DNA of 64,000 nt from Mytilus californianus (Eukaryota). The notes beneath the pieces were generated by a model that saw only the letters and a program-made list of their open reading frames with translations, was not told the DNA's origin and ran no database searches. Within the stretch, counting starts at the first letter, position 1, and each line of letters opens with the position of its first letter. Position numbers and translations under genes: made by a program. The stretch spans positions 21,266,001-21,330,000 of the forward strand of contig NW_026262593.1 in NCBI RefSeq assembly GCF_021869535.1, given 5' to 3'. Of this stretch, positions 57,201-63,200 are shown in pieces.

Positions 57201-60200
57201 TGTAAAAATAATTCCATATACCGAGTAAATATTTGTTGTGACTTCATATTTCATGTTCAATCTTTTCTTTTTGTAGGGGAAGATCATTACTACAATCTAC
57301 AAGGAATTGTCCGTCTCAAGTAAGTGTGTAATATAATGATTTAGGAAAAGTGCTAGAAAAACAGGTTGATATATAATAACTCATCAAAGATACCAGGCTT
57401 ATAATTTGGTAGGCTATTTATGTCTTTGGGATAAAAAAATAGTTGTGTGTCAAATTATTTAACATTTCATAAACAGTTCATTTACAGGAAATGAATGTAT
57501 CAAGGTATTTTATATTTTTATGCATATATAAGTGCTGCATCACTATGCTGGTGTTACTCTCTGGGAGAAAATTTCCACCAGCAGTTGCATGGACCAATAT
57601 GGTTGTAACAAGTGGCATGGATCCAATGGTTGTAAAAACATCAAAGATATCATCCCTTTGATTTAGTACGCCAGACACATGTTTCGTCTCTATAAAACTC
57701 ATAAGTAGCAGTAGGAAAGCCAAATGAAACATAAGAAATTTATGACAATTGAAAACCACTAATACTGAAAAATTTTGCGAAATACAACCAAGGCTATTTA
57801 GGAGTGAGGGTAGAAAACTTTAAAGGGCATTTAGTGTTTGGTATTTACGCCCCTTTTGGTTTTTATGCTCTCAAACCTTTTATATTGGCTTTCTTCACTT
57901 TTAGACAAGAGTCTACTGGATGAAGATTACTGCAGACACATATACATGTGTTGTGCACACAGATGTCATTTGTGTCTTTTATAGCAAAATTAAAGAAAAT
58001 AGACAGAAATTTGTTTTGCTAGAAATAGATATGGTGTGTAGAATGAGAATCTAGGGCTTTGTTTTATTATGGCCTTACTTATGAAGAGAGGCTAAAGATA
58101 CCAAATGGACATTCAATCTCATTAGTCCAACATTAACTGACAATACCATGGCTAAAAAAGAAACAAAAAGACAAACAACAGTAAACAAAACACTATTTAG
58201 AAAACTGAGGGCGGTACTTTGACCTATGATTGTTTACTTTTAACTTATTGTGACTTGGATGGAGAGTTGTCTCATTGGCACTCATACCATTTCTTCTTAT
58301 TTATTTATATGTAAAAACGTTTAATCCCACTGCAAATGTTTGCACCTGTCCTAAGTCAGGAATCTGATGTACAGTAGTTGTCGTCTGTTTATGTAGTTCA
58401 TACTTGTTTCTTGTTTTTCGTTTTAATATAGATTAGACCGTTGGTTTTCCAGTTTGAATGGTTTTACACTAGTAATTTTTGGGGCCCTTTATAGCTTGCT
58501 GTTCAGTGTGAGCCAATGCTCCGTGTTGAAGGCCGTACCTTGACCTATAATGGTTTACTTTTATAAACTGTAACTTGTATGGAGAGTTGTCTCATTGGCA
58601 CTCATACCACATCTTCCTATGTCTATGAACAACATGAACCCCACCAAACACCAGGGGTAATTTTAGGTGCTCCAAAAGGGTAAGTAAATCCTGCTGCACA
58701 TGTTGCACCTATCTGTTGCACATATAAGTTCAAACCCAGTGATAAGTCTTAGCTTACAAAAGATCAGTCTGAAATATCTTGTATGTTCCAGCAGTGGTTC
58801 CCTAGTTCTGATGGCATTTACTAGACATTTGATCCAGTAATGTTGGAGTAACTGGATAAGCTAAAATGTTACTGGACTGAAAAAAAATTTAAAAATTCTA
58901 TTCCTTCTATCCATTTCACTTAACCATTGTTCACTATGTTCATCTTTTTCACATAACACAAAATCCATTTTTTTCACTGCCCCCTAGATGAATTTCAGAC
59001 CAAATATTGTTTATCTATGTGTGTGGCTCGTCATGTTTTTGTTTACATGGATCAATGTTAAAATCAGCACTTTCATCAGAATTAATCATTCTTCTTTAAA
59101 AGGGTGATGAGGATGCTGACAGTTACCCAGGCTTAATTTTTTCACTTTTCTACCTTAATTGTAGGTAGAAATGATGCAAGACACATCAATGTTTTTATTT
59201 TTGGACTGTCATCTGTCAGACCATTTGTAACCTATGCAATAAGACAAAATAAATAAAAAAAAAAAGTCTATTGACAGATTAATTTAGAATTATTTTATTG
59301 AAAAAATTTATAGTTTACACCTGGTCCAAGAAGCAACAGAAAATTAATGGACCAGTCCAAAAATAACCATACTTTTGCCAATGTCCAACATAACTTTGAA
59401 ATCTCTGATGTTCACATAAAACCTTTATTTCAGATATAATATAGAGGATCTGCATACAGAAGGTTATTATCTGTTAAATGTGGTTGTCTATTTTTCCTAT
59501 GAGACATATAGTTCCTATACACCTGAGAACACCTTTACAATCTTTGAGAACACCAAGTTACCTAAAAGAATATGTAGCTGGGATCAGGGATTCAAAACCT
59601 CAGGTATGGATACACCATTTAAACTATTTTGATTAACTTTTTTTTCAATATCTGTTTTTTGAAGAGGACTTTTGAAGTTGTAATATTCGCTGCTATTGTT
59701 GTAAATTTCAGACTGTGTATAAATATAGTTTGTATAAAGTGAGTAACCCCCTTAAGAACTTATAAGTGATATATGTTTAAATGAAAATGTAAGGGTCAAG
59801 GCAGGAACTAAATGAAGGTTTATATTTGTGAAATGTTAATCCAAAGTCATATATGATCAATTTGTATGATTTGCAAACTTATTTCCATTATTTTCAGGTT
59901 TCTCTAAGACCCAGTGGTATGCAGACAATGGAATACCAGACGGACAAGTTCTGCCTGACTGGGCAGCATCATCATTCCTGAATGACCTTCACATTGCTGC
60001 TTATTTACAGACAGAACAATGTGGTCAGACTGATCTTCAATATACAGATGGATGGAATCTTGGTGAGTTTTTGAATTTGTTTATTTTTATATACATTTGT
60101 CTATACTTCTAGAAAAGATCTAAACATAATTGTTTAGCCACAAAGACTCAGTGTTAATAACTTTTAGGAAAATATGGAGACTATAGAATTATAAATATTT

Positions 60201-63200
60201 TTTTAATGGTTTTCATTTGAAATATTTTACTGAAATTGATTGATGATATCTCACTATTGAAATTAGGACTACTCTGTATTCATTAATATCTGAGGATACC
60301 AATTTCATGGTTTTCGTCTATAAATTTTCTATTGGCTGTTATGCAGACTTTTGGAAATCACAAAATCAAATATCCATTTAAATTAATTTTTCCTCAATCC
60401 ATGAAAATTGGTAACCTTAAAAACAAATGATGGTTTTATCACAGCAAACTTGATTGATGATTGCTAAACATCAAAGAGGCTCCTCATGGGGGTGTCCAAG
60501 TAATCGCATAATCACAATTTTTTTGCCAATATAAACGTAATCATTAATTATTTTTTTAAATAAGATAATCAAATAATCAAAAATTCAGTCCAAGATTATC
60601 AAATAATCAAATAATCATGAAGTATTTGGTCTGGTTATCAAATAATCACTATAAGAACGGTCCAATAATCACATAATCAAAAACCCCATGAGGAGACTCA
60701 TCAAATCAAACTTGAATAAAAAAAAAACTAGTTAAGATTTATTGAATCATTGAATTATCAAAGTAGCTGTTTAACAGACAGATTTTGTCTCCAATGTCTT
60801 TAAATTTGGATGCCTCAAATCTAATGAGTACAGTTGTATATATGATACTTTTATTTAGCATTACCTTAACTCCTTACCTTGAAGTTTTCTGTAAGGTTTG
60901 AGGACCTTTATATGAGTAGAACCAAATATATTTGATATACAAATGTTTTGCAGGTTGTACAAAGACTGTCAGTTTACCTAACATCACAGATTCCACAAAA
61001 TGTCACCTGACCTCAGCTTGTACTGCAGTAGAATGTTGTACTGTAATCGACTTCCTTTCAAGGTCATTCAGGCTATATCTACATATTGACCCCTGTACAC
61101 AAATATTGTATCTTGAAATTGAACGTTTCAATAGAAATGTTTCTTTAATTGGTTACATGGATGGTAAGCACAATGATGTTATTTGTTCAGGGTAATATTG
61201 TAAATTCAGAAATTATTGGAGGTTTTATTTTATTTTTGTGAATAATGTGACTGGGTGAGTATGCAATTATAAGAACTTGCATTCTGATATCTGATACATA
61301 TATCTATATGCAGATTTTCCTGAAATCGCAATAACTAATATCGCTTTTTTGTCCAATCTTTAAAAATCACAATGATTTCTAAATTTACTGTAATTCACTG
61401 TGCCTTCTAAGTTGAATGTAATTGTCCCAATTCAGTTAACTTTATTTTTTCAAATTTTATAATTTGAATTTGAACTGTTGCCTTATTTTTCTAATGGAAT
61501 TGATTGCGATAAAAATCATGCAGAAGAAATACTTACTTAATGTCTTAGTTATTCACAGACAAGTTCATGATAGGTAATCAATGCTAAGCCTAATGATTAC
61601 AAACTTAAAATCAGAAAATCGTTTTTTGTAACTTACTTAATTCAATGTCAGTACTATCAATCACTTTGACTTTGCGAGGAACAACTGCAATAAATGCAGT
61701 GTTCCGTTGTCTTTAAATTTTTCAAGTACATGATATCATTTTTGTGTCATGAATTGATACACCATATGTTTTTTTTTTCCACATTTTATTACAATTCTAG
61801 ATAATTATAAGTAAAACATTGACATGTGTTTGTTTTAGGAACCAAGAAACAGTTTGCACTTGTTGGATCAGTTATGATTGAGTGAGTGTTGTGTTAAATT
61901 ATAACAATCTTTGTTGTTCACTACCATAAAAAAAGGCTGTTTTTACAAAAATTCATAGAAAACATGTTCTCTCTAAGGATCTGTTAGTGTTTTCTTGAAA
62001 ATTATGTTTTATTTGGTGTCTTTATAGACTTTTTTTTTTGTGTCTTTATAGACTTCTTTTGATTTAAGTCTCTAGTTTTGTTTAATATCAATTTACTATA
62101 CTTTCACTGACTCTTATATTTGATTCATGTTATAGAATATTTAAAAAATGGCTTTGAGGTATCATTTAATGATACATTTGTGTAATAAGTACTTAAATTT
62201 TACATCTCATTATATATTTCTAGCTACGTGATAGAAGATATACCAGGAGAGAGTATGTACCTGGTCAGTATGAATATATCTTACTGTTACGAGGATAGAC
62301 AGCCATGTTATATGGTCACTACAGTGTTTGACAATACCAGATTACCTAAAGATCTGTGTGAATGGAAAACTGACTACCATATTCCAAGTAAGTCAAATGT
62401 TAGGTGCTTACTGATTATTAATGTTAATCATTATGTACATTTTACAATATTTCATTCAACAAAATTATTGTCTCAGAATCGTAACAGAAAAGAATCATAT
62501 CTACAAATAGACTGAAAAACTATGCCAGCAAGTCACATTAAGATCCTCCCTTTAAATCTAGGGTAGGGAGTATGTGAGCTTGCTTACTAACGGTTTAATT
62601 CTTTAACTTATCAATATTTGGTGAATAGTTTATTTGGATTATACAGAGTTTTGTCACATTATAATTAGTATTGTAAAATTTTTATCCACTACATTTATTA
62701 TTTTTGTTTACAGATTTCTCATTTGAAACATGGCAAGGAGATCAAGGATTGATAATAGGTGACCCTTTGTCGATGTGGGCAGAACTTTTATTATACGAAC
62801 AAACTGGTCTGTCTCCTTATTTACAAGATAGTATGTTTCAATGTAGTAGAAACAGTGCCAAGTTTAACTCATCTATTGCTGGTGGATGGATTAATGGTAG
62901 GTGTTGTCATTTATATTTTAAGGTATCTGTTAAGTAATAAATGTCATGCCCTGTTGAACTTTTGATAGTAAACCCTTATAGGTAAAAGAAAATTTGATTG
63001 CTCCTTCAATATTTGAAAAAAATATAAAAGATACTATGTACCTTATGTGTAATAGAATAATTAATAATATATTTGGAAGAATAATTAACTTTTACATTTG
63101 TTTTAAATATCAGTCTGATCAAGAAGTATAGTAATTTCATCAACTTATTGAATTTACTTAGAATTGTATCCTTAGAATGTAAACTATTAGTTGGAGTTGT

